From an uncultured Candidatus Peribacteria bacterium (GTDB lineage: Bacteria; Patescibacteriota; Gracilibacteria; Peribacterales; Peribacteraceae): a stretch of DNA of 64,000 nt. Position numbers and translations under genes: made by a program. The notes under the pieces are model-generated. The model was not told the origin of the DNA and did not search any database. It saw only the letters and a list, made by a program, of their open reading frames with translations. This document shows, piece after piece, positions 38,042 through 46,911 of this stretch. The stretch lies in the NCBI GenBank assembly GCA_964624905.1, contig CAZUYK010000003.1, positions 7,923-71,922 of the forward strand, written 5' to 3'. Position 1 is the stretch's first letter. Each line of letters begins with the position of its first letter.

Positions 38042-38527
38042 CTATGCGGCGAAGAGTTTGAAAGCGTTTTCCAGGGCCTCCATACCGTGAATCGCCATGA
38101 AGTACGCATCGGGTCCCAGCCGGAGATCGGCTTCGTTGTTCTGGCGAACGGCGATCTTGGTTTCCCGGGTGACGGGAACGGTGCGCTCGGGCCACGTTTC
38201 CCGCGGCACATCCATTTCCAAGGCGTACAACTGCAAATGGACTGTCTCCGATTCGTCTTCGGCGACGAGCTGGGCATGGTGGATATTCCGCAGGAGCATT
38301 TCGCCGACATCGTGGCCGAACAAGGCATTGGCACTGCTGATGATGTTGAGGAACCGAGGATCCCCCTTCGCCAGCGGCGTCTTGCCGTCGGGACGCCACA
38401 TACCGAAACACGTGACGGAACAATCCTTCGTACCTTCGTCTTCCATGCGCTGCATGAGCAACGCGGTCTTTTTCCCTTGGTGTTTCGTGACAAGGATCAA
38501 CCCCGTATCGAGACGTTTCTCTTCCAT
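38042..38527 (-). CDS. hypothetical protein, degenerate Nudix-like (paralog 2)
   Basis: ATG at 38527 with GGAG 6 nt upstream, giving 161 aa. The order of motifs (LILV..ALLMQR..GMWRPDG..helix..ED-rich strand..GPDAY) parallels paralog 1. Confidence 0.6.
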   Translation of the reverse strand: MEEKRLDTGLILVTKHQGKKTALLMQRMEDEGTKDCSVTCFGMWRPDGKTPLAKGDPRFLNIISSANALFGHDVGEMLLRNIHHAQLVAEDESETVHLQLYALEMDVPRETWPERTVPVTRETKIAVRQNNEADLRLGPDAYFMAIHGMEALENAFKLFAA

Positions 38528-38632
38528 GTGCAACTCCATTCTTAGGTAAGGCGCTGATGCAAAAAACCGGAGGCCGTGTATACCATCTGGCGGCATCCAA
38601 GTAAATGCCCTTAGACCTTCTACGGGAACCGT

Positions 38633-40369
38633 TCACCTTCCCTTCCCCAACCATGCCTCGAACTTTTTCAAGGGCAAGGTGTTCAGCACATCGGCTTTAG
38701 TCAGCCATCCCCGCTGCGCCTGGGTGATGCCGTAGACGTAGTTGAGCTCGCCCGGATTGTGCGCGTCGGCGTTGATGATGAGCGTGCATCCCAGGTCCTT
38801 CGCACGCTTGCAGAGCACATCGTTCAAGTCCAGGCGATCGACGGACGCACTCACCTCCAGGGCCACCCCGCTCTCGGCCGCCGCGCGGAACACCTTGTCC
38901 ACGTCGAAGTCGATGGGATCGCGCTTGAGCAATTTCCGCGCGGTAGGATGCGCCAACAACCGGACGTGGGGATTCTCGATGGCGCGCAGAAGACGGTTCG
39001 TCATGTCCTCGCGCGACATCTTGAAGTTGCCGTGGATGGACGCGACCACCCAATCCAGCTGGGCCAGCACCTTGTCGTCCAGGTACAGCGATCCGTCATC
39101 CAAGATATCCACTTCGGTTCCCGCGAAGATGCGGATGCCCGGCACGGCCTTGCGCGCTTTCTCGATGAGCTTCAGGTATTCCTTGATGTTGCCTTTCTTG
39201 ATGCCGGCCACCATGCCCATCGGGGAGGCATGGTCCGTGATGGCTATGTACTCGTGCCCGTGGTCCAGCGCGGACTTGGCCATCTCCGTCATCGTCGCGC
39301 TTCCGTCGCTGAAGTTGCTGTGCATGTGCAGGTCCCCGCGCAGGTCCGCCGCCTCGATGAGTACGGGCAACTCCCCTTTCATCGCCAACTGCACTTCTCC
39401 GCGGTCCTCGCGCAATACCGGCGGAACGTACGAGAGCCCGACCGCCTTGTATACGTCTTCCTCGGTACACGACGCGAGCAACTTTCCCTTTTTCTCGGCG
39501 GTTCCCTTGTGCACCCCGTATTCGTTGATGGTCATCCCCTTCTTGATACCCAGCGAACGCACCGCGACGTTGTGTTCCTTGCTGCCGGTGAAGTAGTGCA
39601 GGGCCGCGCCGAACACTTCCTCGTCCACCACGCGCAAGTCCGCGTTCACACCGGCGCTCAGCTGCACGCTGGATTTTGTCTCTCCTTTACCCAGCACCCG
39701 CTCCACCAACGCGTAATTGCAGAACACATCCATCACTTTCTCGGGATGCTTGCTGCTCACCAAGATATCGATGTCCCCGATGCTCTCTTTCCTGCGCCGC
39801 ACGCTTCCCGCAACCTCGATGTTCGTGCACAGCTTCGTCGCCTTCAGCTCCATCACGATATTCTCCGCGATCTTCAACGCGACGGGTAATGCGATGCGCG
39901 ACCCGTGGGACTGCATGGACTGGATACCGAGCAACACGTTCTGGATGCTCTTCTCGCCCCAGTTCTTCACCCCTTCCAACTTCCCGGATTCCATGAGCTT
40001 CTTCAGGTCCGCGACGGTCTCCACCTTGTATTCCTTCCACACGAAGTGCGTTTTCTTGGGACCCATCCCTTGGATCTGCATGATGTCGAAGAGTCCCGGC
40101 GGCACCTCCTTCAGCATCTTCTCCAAGTACTCCAACTTCCCGGTGTTCACCAACTCTTCGATCTTCGACGCGAGATCCTGCCCGATGCCCGGGATCTCCA
40201 TGAGACCATCGGTCCCCTTCTCCTTATAGATGGATGCGAGATCCTCCGTGAGCGACAAAATGGTCATCGCCGCGCGGTCGTAAGCGCGAATGCGAAAGGG
40301 ATTCTCGTCTTTTAAGGTGAGTATTTTTCCAATACGCTCGAAGATGGAGGCGATCTCGGCGTTGGTCAT
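38633..40369 (-). CDS. polX: DNA polymerase X family with C-terminal PHP domain
   Basis: The N-terminus [32 protein letters not shown] (HhH), the pol-beta palm [17 protein letters not shown], and PHP motifs HMHSNFSDG...ITDH. Confidence 0.9.
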   Translation of the reverse strand: MTNAEIASIFERIGKILTLKDENPFRIRAYDRAAMTILSLTEDLASIYKEKGTDGLMEIPGIGQDLASKIEELVNTGKLEYLEKMLKEVPPGLFDIMQIQGMGPKKTHFVWKEYKVETVADLKKLMESGKLEGVKNWGEKSIQNVLLGIQSMQSHGSRIALPVALKIAENIVMELKATKLCTNIEVAGSVRRRKESIGDIDILVSSKHPEKVMDVFCNYALVERVLGKGETKSSVQLSAGVNADLRVVDEEVFGAALHYFTGSKEHNVAVRSLGIKKGMTINEYGVHKGTAEKKGKLLASCTEEDVYKAVGLSYVPPVLREDRGEVQLAMKGELPVLIEAADLRGDLHMHSNFSDGSATMTEMAKSALDHGHEYIAITDHASPMGMVAGIKKGNIKEYLKLIEKARKAVPGIRIFAGTEVDILDDGSLYLDDKVLAQLDWVVASIHGNFKMSREDMTNRLLRAIENPHVRLLAHPTARKLLKRDPIDFDVDKVFRAAAESGVALEVSASVDRLDLNDVLCKRAKDLGCTLIINADAHNPGELNYVYGITQAQRGWLTKADVLNTLPLKKFEAWLGKGR

Positions 40370-40420
40370 ATAACCAGGATATGCCAAAAGAGCCGATGAG
40401 AAAACGTGTTATCTTTGCTT

Positions 40421-42052
40421 TCACTGAAGTGGCAATTCCACAAAGAATGTGGTGCCCTTCCCTTCTTCACTTTCAAACCAGATCTTTCCACCCTGGGCTT
40501 CCACGGCACCCTTGGCGACATAGAGTCCGAACCCGTTTCCATCAACGGTGTTACGGACGTTGCTTGCACGGAACAGTTTGCCGAAGATCTTCTCTTGGTC
40601 TGCCTTCGGGATACCTACTCCCGTATCCTTCACGACACAGTGTAATGTATTGCCAGTGATAGTAACCGTGAAATCAACTTCTCCTTTCTCCGGAGTGTAT
40701 TTCACGGCATTACTCAGAAGGTTCTCGATTGTCATATGCGTATAACGCTTATCAAGTTTGGCAATAGGTAAAGTGGCAGGCAACATCTTCACTAAGCTTA
40801 CCTTCTTTTCCAAAGCTTTAGGCTCGATGATCTCCAATATCTCCTTGAAGAAGCCATTCAGATCGAGCTCTTGTTTCTCGATGTGCATCTTACCAAGCTG
40901 AATGCGTGATACATCAAGAATCATGCTCACAAGATCGGATAGATTGGCTGAAACTTCCTGCATAGAAGTAACGTGCTTCAACTGTTCATCCGTCAACTTT
41001 CCTAGGTCACCATCTTTCATCATTTCTAGATACCACTTCACTGAAGACACCGGAGTGGCAAGCTGGTGACTAACGATACTAAGAAGTTCGTCCTTCTGAC
41101 GATCTAAATCTTTAAGCTGAGAGTTCGCCAATTCTAAATCATGGGCGAGTTTTTCAATTTTTTCACGAGCTTTAGCTTCCCTCCTTTCGCTTCGCACTAA
41201 GAGAACTCCAAATCCAAGAGACAAAATGAATGTAAGAACGGTTAATGTTTTATCGGTCGCATTGTCTAAGAAAAAGAATTGAGAGCCCACCATGATCACC
41301 AGTGTGTATGCAAGCAACTGTGATCCGATCAGCTTAATTTTGAAAATTTCCAAATTAATAACTGCATAAATAATCATGAACAAGAAAACAGGTAGCACGA
41401 ACAAGCTATAAAGATTTATTTCATAGATTCCTGTTTGACTCGAAATATATTCAGTAACCGCAAATGTTGCGAAGAACAAAGTTAGTGCGGATGCAACAAT
41501 AATAATTTGAACTCTCTTTGCACCCACTACCTTCCTTCCTTTAAGGAAGGCAAAAACCATAATGAACGCAATAATCAAATACTCAATAATAAGCTTGAGT
41601 TCTGTTAGCAATTCACTGTTATAAGCTTCGCAAACTGGCTGATAAAAATCGCTGATTGAATTATTAGTTACAGTTATTAACCATGCTGGCAGCGTTGCAA
41701 CAACTAGAGCAAGTTTTGCCCATTTTGAGAGATCTTTCTCTGTAACTAATACAACAAAGAAATACGCTCCTAAAATATAAAAGGCAATATTCAAATAATC
41801 CAAAGGCGCCCAAAAAAATGACACTAGATGATAGTTTGGAGAAGTCCATGTAACCACATCTCCAATTAGCCATAAACAGAATGATCCAGTAAACGCAGTA
41901 AAGATTTTCGATAAGAAGGAAAATTTCGATTTTACTAAAACGAAAATGCTAACAAGAATTGTGAGAAATAATGGAATACAATGTGAATACAGGGCTATCG
42001 TGTGATAGTCTTTTGTAGTTTCAAAGCAGGTGTTTAGGATATTTAAATCCAT
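40421..42052 (-). CDS. sensor histidine kinase with about 7-TM N-terminal input domain
   Basis: HisKA H-box LSIVSHQLATPVSS. HATPase_c has the N box LLSNAVKYTP plus DTGVGIP and GNGFGLYVAKG. There is no response regulator in the window. Confidence 0.9.
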   Translation of the reverse strand: MDLNILNTCFETTKDYHTIALYSHCIPLFLTILVSIFVLVKSKFSFLSKIFTAFTGSFCLWLIGDVVTWTSPNYHLVSFFWAPLDYLNIAFYILGAYFFVVLVTEKDLSKWAKLALVVATLPAWLITVTNNSISDFYQPVCEAYNSELLTELKLIIEYLIIAFIMVFAFLKGRKVVGAKRVQIIIVASALTLFFATFAVTEYISSQTGIYEINLYSLFVLPVFLFMIIYAVINLEIFKIKLIGSQLLAYTLVIMVGSQFFFLDNATDKTLTVLTFILSLGFGVLLVRSERREAKAREKIEKLAHDLELANSQLKDLDRQKDELLSIVSHQLATPVSSVKWYLEMMKDGDLGKLTDEQLKHVTSMQEVSANLSDLVSMILDVSRIQLGKMHIEKQELDLNGFFKEILEIIEPKALEKKVSLVKMLPATLPIAKLDKRYTHMTIENLLSNAVKYTPEKGEVDFTVTITGNTLHCVVKDTGVGIPKADQEKIFGKLFRASNVRNTVDGNGFGLYVAKGAVEAQGGKIWFESEEGKGTTFFVELPLQ

Positions 42053-42071
42053 CTGAACATTATATCATTTT

Positions 42072-42881
42072 TCAGTCCTTTATACAATCCAGCACTTTTA
42101 ATGAATAATTGCTCCAGAACGCTTCATTTTGACTTTCTAAGGGCAATAAAGAAACTATTAAAGGCTTCTTTCCTGTTTTTTTCCACATATCAAAAAATGC
42201 AGGAAGAAAGATCTCTTTAGTAAAATTCAACTCTTCTCCGGAAAGAATAAAATTCTCAAATAAGATTCCGTTTCGGATAAACAAAGAAATATACTTCAAA
42301 TAGTACTCCCTAGCATATTTACCGGCTCTAAAAAACCAGTCAGATGCATCATATAAATAATTGTTTTCACCAGGGTATATCGCGTCTAAAAGTTCATGAT
42401 GAAAAGAAACTAATGGCTGACCCCACGTGGTCACAATTTCATTAATTTTTCTCCCTTCATTCTTTTGAAGATCTATCACCTCTTTAGGAATAATATTACT
42501 TGATCCCTTTATTTCTTCTTGAAAGATTAATTGGCCCAAAGCAAATTTAATAGGATTTTTTTCTGTGAATTTGTCGTTCAAATATTCAAATATTACAGGA
42601 TCGCAACTTGATCCTTTTATTTTATTCAAGAAATAAGATAATTCATAATTCGGAGTACACAATTGCCTAAACAAAACAGCTCGAGGAGCTTCAAGAAGTG
42701 GTCCGGGTATATCTCCTTTTAAATATTCATATACTTTTTTTTCTAGCTCTTTATCAGCCCATCTTTCTGTTATTTCAAGGACAGCTTCTTCAAAGGGGGT
42801 GTAAATAAAACTATTAAACTTCTCATTATCGGAAACGAGTTCATTAAGACTCAATTCATTTAGATTTAATTCTTCTTTCAT
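42072..42881 (-). CDS. hypothetical cytoplasmic protein (orphan)
   Basis: 269 aa with no TM helix or signal peptide. AT-rich, and 5 nt after the upstream gene. Confidence 0.65.
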   Translation of the reverse strand: MKEELNLNELSLNELVSDNEKFNSFIYTPFEEAVLEITERWADKELEKKVYEYLKGDIPGPLLEAPRAVLFRQLCTPNYELSYFLNKIKGSSCDPVIFEYLNDKFTEKNPIKFALGQLIFQEEIKGSSNIIPKEVIDLQKNEGRKINEIVTTWGQPLVSFHHELLDAIYPGENNYLYDASDWFFRAGKYAREYYLKYISLFIRNGILFENFILSGEELNFTKEIFLPAFFDMWKKTGKKPLIVSLLPLESQNEAFWSNYSLKVLDCIKD

Positions 42882-42886
42882 TTAAG

Positions 42887-43234
42887 TCAGTTGATAGTAG
42901 TACAATCATCGCCTGCTTCCGAATCACACTGGATCTGTTCACATTGTATTGTACCATTTTTACACTCCTCAGTACAGTAATCATCAGTACATTTAGCAAA
43001 ATCATACGCCTTAATATAAAACTCCTTGTATTCAGAGAGTCCATTAGGAGGGCATTCATCAGGATTGGAGCAATCCCTGGTAAAACAAATTTCCTTTTTT
43101 GAATCACATTCAGCTTCAATAATAAAATTATAATCTTTTAAATAATAATATTTATAAAAACTTGAAATCACCGGAGCGGCCAATACTACAATAAGCAACG
43201 TTAGGAATCCGAACCTTTTTATTGAATTAGCCAT
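42887..43234 (-). CDS. small exported/anchored Cys-rich protein (10 Cys)
   Basis: N-terminal hydrophobic anchor FGFLTLLIVVLAAPVI, followed by 10 Cys within about 75 aa. Confidence 0.6.
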   Translation of the reverse strand: MANSIKRFGFLTLLIVVLAAPVISSFYKYYYLKDYNFIIEAECDSKKEICFTRDCSNPDECPPNGLSEYKEFYIKAYDFAKCTDDYCTEECKNGTIQCEQIQCDSEAGDDCTTIN

Positions 43235-43293
43235 AATAAATGTATATTCTTAACTAGTTTATTTTACAAGCAGAGTTTGGTTTCAAAAAGCAT

Positions 43294-43866
43294 TTATATT
43301 GCTTTGATAATAAAATTCCATATTGCTTGAACAATTGTAATTCCAAGATAAACAGCCAATGTCCAGTAGGCATTTCCGATGATGATGCTTGTAATAAAGA
43401 TCTTCCAATCGCGTTTTGAAAGACCATTAAACTGATGAGCACCATGCCTGATGTGAATAACCGTAATAAACGGATCGAATTTTATAGATAAAAAAATCAA
43501 TAAAACTGCATCACTTTTTTTCATTATCCATGCGCTTATCTCACCAATATAATTGATAATTTTAATGATAGACCTCTTAAATTCATTTTCTGGAAGTGGT
43601 CTTGGCTTGAAATCCTCGATTTCTTTAAGTGTCTCGATGCCTAACCAATCTTTTTTTGTTCCATCATAAAAAAGTATTAATCCATAACAGAGTAAAAATG
43701 ATAAAAAGGTCATTACTACACCCCCAACTAAAATTCCATAAGTTGAAAGTACAACTGGATAGAGTAGAAAATCGAATGCCCATGAAATAGCCCATTTACC
43801 GAAGATACCAACACTTATGGTTCCAAACCTTTTTGTAAGCCTCTCAAACCTACTATAATTTCTCAT
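43294..43866 (-). CDS. membrane protein (about 4 TM), orphan
   Basis: 190 aa with hydrophobic helices at both ends and a charged central loop. Confidence 0.6.
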   Translation of the reverse strand: MRNYSRFERLTKRFGTISVGIFGKWAISWAFDFLLYPVVLSTYGILVGGVVMTFLSFLLCYGLILFYDGTKKDWLGIETLKEIEDFKPRPLPENEFKRSIIKIINYIGEISAWIMKKSDAVLLIFLSIKFDPFITVIHIRHGAHQFNGLSKRDWKIFITSIIIGNAYWTLAVYLGITIVQAIWNFIIKAI

Positions 43867-43919
43867 ATATCAATTTTAATTCAAAAGGCTTTGCTTAACT
43901 AGATCAGCACACTAACGAT

Positions 43920-45464
43920 TTATACAAATGATCTATTAAAGGCAATAAACCTTAATCCAATAAATAATAGGAAGAATCCAAAAAAGTAGTAGAAAACATT
44001 AAATGTTTGACTAACTAATTTATTTAAATCACTTGCATTAATATCGACCCCAACAATCGCAATAACATCATTGTTATTATTTTTTATAGGTGCTGCGCCT
44101 GAAATAAAAGTACCCCAATCATCAGAATAAGGCTTGGAATCTGCGCCAACCTCGCCATTTAATGCTAACGCAAAAGAACCTTCATTGACACTATCTTTAT
44201 ATAAATCTCCGAAAGAAGAAGGAGAGCGGTTAGCACTACTTACAAAAGTAGTATGTGGCATGACATCAATTATAAATTGCAATACTTTTGGATCTTTTGT
44301 TGGTCTCAATATATAAGCATATTGGATATCTGCATTACTGTTAATAATTGAATTAATTGATTTAGCAATTTTTTTGTATTCTTGCTTTTCAACATCCATC
44401 GTTGTTTGAATTTGATTAATATCACTAGCATCAAAGTACCCTGCGCCCGTTGCAGCAATTGCTTTTACTTTTTCCTGAATTTTCTCTAAATTTAGAGATA
44501 AATTTTGTTGGTAGAGAAAAAAAGTTACAATTCCTGCAAACAAATTACATAGTAGAAAAAAAATTATACTGCTTGGACTCAAGAAGAACTCCCTCACTTG
44601 CGAAAGCACCTTCGTTTTCGTCGGCACCGCCATCGGCACAGAAACGACTGGCAATGGATTGAGATCCACTACCGGCTCCACCCCCTCGTCGGGGTGCTGC
44701 AACTTCATGTTCCAGAGCCTCTCGAAGAACTGACGCTCGCGTTCAGCGAGTTCCTTATATTCGATAAAGCACGCCTCCTGCGTTTCATGCTGGAAGCAGG
44801 CAACCGTATTTCCGACGACGATCTTCTCAAAGGCGAACGGATACAGGTTCTCGTTCACAAGTACAGTCTTCCTGTATTCGAACGGATCCCTGTTCTGGAA
44901 TCGACGCCCAAGCGGCGTGTTGTGCGCGATGACACGGAGGAAGATGTTTCTCTTCCGACGCTCGCGGAAATACTGCACATTGAACTCCCGCAGAGGATCT
45001 TCCGTTTCCGTATAGAGAATCGGGCCGTACTGTACAAAGTCATTCCCCTTTTCCAGGAGAAGCGTGTATGCCTTCTTCAATCCCTCGACACCTTGGAAGA
45101 ACTGCATCTCTGGCCGCTTTTTCCCGGACGTAATGGAAGAAATGAATGATTCGAAGTTTTGGTGGCGCAGTTCCAGGACATTCTTTTTCTGCTTCATGTC
45201 ATCCTGCAGCCACTTCGACACGGATTCCAACGAATGAAGAACGTACTTCGGCGTGCCATTAATCATCTCGCGAACGACTATCTTCTTTTTCAGAAGTTTC
45301 TTCATGGCCTGGTCCAATACCCCCGTGCTCTTTCCCGTCTTGAACGCAAGGTCTCGCAGGGTCATGGCATCCCCTTCCACAAGCTTTTTAATAATGGCGA
45401 TCTCCGTGCCGGAGAAGCCCGCCTCTTGGAAATACGTCTCGATGCTGGAAGGGAGGCTGTTCAT
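43920..45464 (-). CDS. TrmB-like wHTH regulator fused to TM + Cache-like extracytoplasmic domain + C-terminal TM
   Basis: The N-terminus AGFSGTEIAIIKKLVEGDAMTLRDLAFKTGKSTGVLDQAMKKLLKKKIV is a TrmB-type HTH. TM helix at IIFFLLCNLFAGIVTFFLY. Cache-like pattern DIQYAYILRP...PYSDDWGTFISGAAPIKNNNNDVIAIVGVDI. Terminal TM. GAGGAG SD before the ATG. Confidence 0.75.
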   Translation of the reverse strand: MNSLPSSIETYFQEAGFSGTEIAIIKKLVEGDAMTLRDLAFKTGKSTGVLDQAMKKLLKKKIVVREMINGTPKYVLHSLESVSKWLQDDMKQKKNVLELRHQNFESFISSITSGKKRPEMQFFQGVEGLKKAYTLLLEKGNDFVQYGPILYTETEDPLREFNVQYFRERRKRNIFLRVIAHNTPLGRRFQNRDPFEYRKTVLVNENLYPFAFEKIVVGNTVACFQHETQEACFIEYKELAERERQFFERLWNMKLQHPDEGVEPVVDLNPLPVVSVPMAVPTKTKVLSQVREFFLSPSSIIFFLLCNLFAGIVTFFLYQQNLSLNLEKIQEKVKAIAATGAGYFDASDINQIQTTMDVEKQEYKKIAKSINSIINSNADIQYAYILRPTKDPKVLQFIIDVMPHTTFVSSANRSPSSFGDLYKDSVNEGSFALALNGEVGADSKPYSDDWGTFISGAAPIKNNNNDVIAIVGVDINASDLNKLVSQTFNVFYYFFGFFLLFIGLRFIAFNRSFV

Positions 45465-45591
45465 AGCTCCTCACTCTACGGGACAAGGTTTTATGAAACA
45501 AACACGCGTTCCACTCACGGAATACGGCACGTGAGAAATAGCTTCCAAAAGCCATGGTTACCGTTCCACACCCCCTCGGAACGGAAGCCCC

Positions 45592-46623
45592 TTACACATT
45601 ACCCATCATCAATTCCAACGTCTCTTCGTTGATAAGCCCCTTCTTCTTCAGATCCTTCAGATCTGCCTCGAAGGAACGCATGCCCAGCTCCTTGCCTGTC
45701 TGGAGGACGGATGCCAACTCCTGCACGCGGTTATCGCGGATGATGTTCTGCGCTGCCGGCGTGTTGATGAGCACTTCGCGGAGAGCCACGCGTCCCCCGC
45801 CTTCCTTCGGCAGAAGCTTCTGGGCGATGATCGCCTTCAGGGACAGCGCAAGCTGCGAACGAACCTGCGGCTGCTGGTGCGGCGGGAAGACATCGACGAT
45901 GCGGTCGATGGTCTGCATGACATTCGGCGTATGGAGCGTCGCAAGAACCAGGTGACCCGTTTCGGCAAGCGTGAGGGCCGCGGCGATCGTTTCGGGATCG
46001 CGCATTTCACCCACCATGATGATGTTCGGATCCTGGCGCAGGATGCGCTTCATCGCCTCGGGGAATGACAGGAAGTCTTCCATGTACTGGCGCTGGCGGA
46101 TGACGCCCTTGCCCTTCGGGAAGAGGAACTCGATGGGGTCTTCCAAGGTGATGATGTTCTCCGCGCGCGAGTCATTGATGCTCTGCAAAAGCGCCGCGAG
46201 CGACGTGCTCTTTCCGGATCCCGTGGGACCCGTGAACAGGATGAGTCCTTCGCGAAGTCCCACGACCTGCGTCGCGATGTCCGTGAGATCGACATCCGCG
46301 AGACTGGGGATTTCCGTGGGAATGATGCGAGCGGCGATGGCCATGTTGCCGCGTTCGAAGTGGCAGTTCACGCGGAGACGGACGCCGTTGGGCAATCCGT
46401 GGGCCATGTCGATTTCCTTCTCTTTCTGGAAACGCTCGAATGCGGGGGCGCCCAGGAGGTCCTTCACGAATGCTTCCACCTCCTTCGGACTCACGTCGGT
46501 CTGCGTCTGCGGCGTAAGCACGCCGTCGATGCGGAACAATAAAGGAGCACCGGCGACGATGTGGACGTCGGATGCTTTGGCCGCCAGGGCTTTTTCGAAT
46601 ACGGAATCGGGAAGGGAAGACAT
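45592..46623 (-). CDS. pilT: type IV pilus retraction ATPase PilT
   Basis: Walker A GPTGSGKST, then EDPIEF, MVGEMRD and ATLHT. Confidence 0.9.
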   Translation of the reverse strand: MSSLPDSVFEKALAAKASDVHIVAGAPLLFRIDGVLTPQTQTDVSPKEVEAFVKDLLGAPAFERFQKEKEIDMAHGLPNGVRLRVNCHFERGNMAIAARIIPTEIPSLADVDLTDIATQVVGLREGLILFTGPTGSGKSTSLAALLQSINDSRAENIITLEDPIEFLFPKGKGVIRQRQYMEDFLSFPEAMKRILRQDPNIIMVGEMRDPETIAAALTLAETGHLVLATLHTPNVMQTIDRIVDVFPPHQQPQVRSQLALSLKAIIAQKLLPKEGGGRVALREVLINTPAAQNIIRDNRVQELASVLQTGKELGMRSFEADLKDLKKKGLINEETLELMMGNV

Positions 46624-46629
46624 CCAATC

Positions 46630-46638
46630 AGTATAGCA
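46630..46638 (-). promoter_or_regulatory. extended -10 element TGcTATACT, 6 nt before the pilT ATG (leaderless)
   Basis: The reverse complement of 46624-46638 is TGCTATACT-GATTGG followed by ATG. Confidence 0.45.
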
Positions 46639-46911
46639 GAATCTGGCTTGTTTTTGAAGTCATTTTGACTATCCTCTGGGCCTTCCGAAGCCCAAAGGAA
46701 GATATTTGACTTTATAGTTAAATATATTATTATAAGCATCCAGGTCATTCAAAACACCATTCCTGACCCCCATATACCCTTTCTAGGGGCTGCGTCCGCA
46801 CGACATTCTCTTACAGATTGTCGGGGAGCGACAGTCTAGAAAGGATTCGTGGGGGAGCAGATTTTCCATTTTTTGTTACTACAGTTACTCCAGAAACGAA
46901 GGATCGACTTA

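Larger units (their letters stand above)
40650..44590. other. AT-rich compositional block with both edges inside ORFs
   Basis: By eye, GC drops sharply at about 44585-44600 (inside 43920..45464). It recovers gradually between about 41200 and 40650 (inside the kinase gene). Confidence 0.65.

Noticed and set aside
37353-38654. 433-aa ORF on the minus strand, the longest ORF in this region.
   Set aside because: Only the last 160 codons look like protein, and they have a GTG start with GAAAGGAG upstream. The upstream 270 codons are Arg/Pro/Gly-rich junk. They run through an intergenic terminator and through the real gene 38042..38527 in another frame. This is a typical GC-rich read-through artefact.
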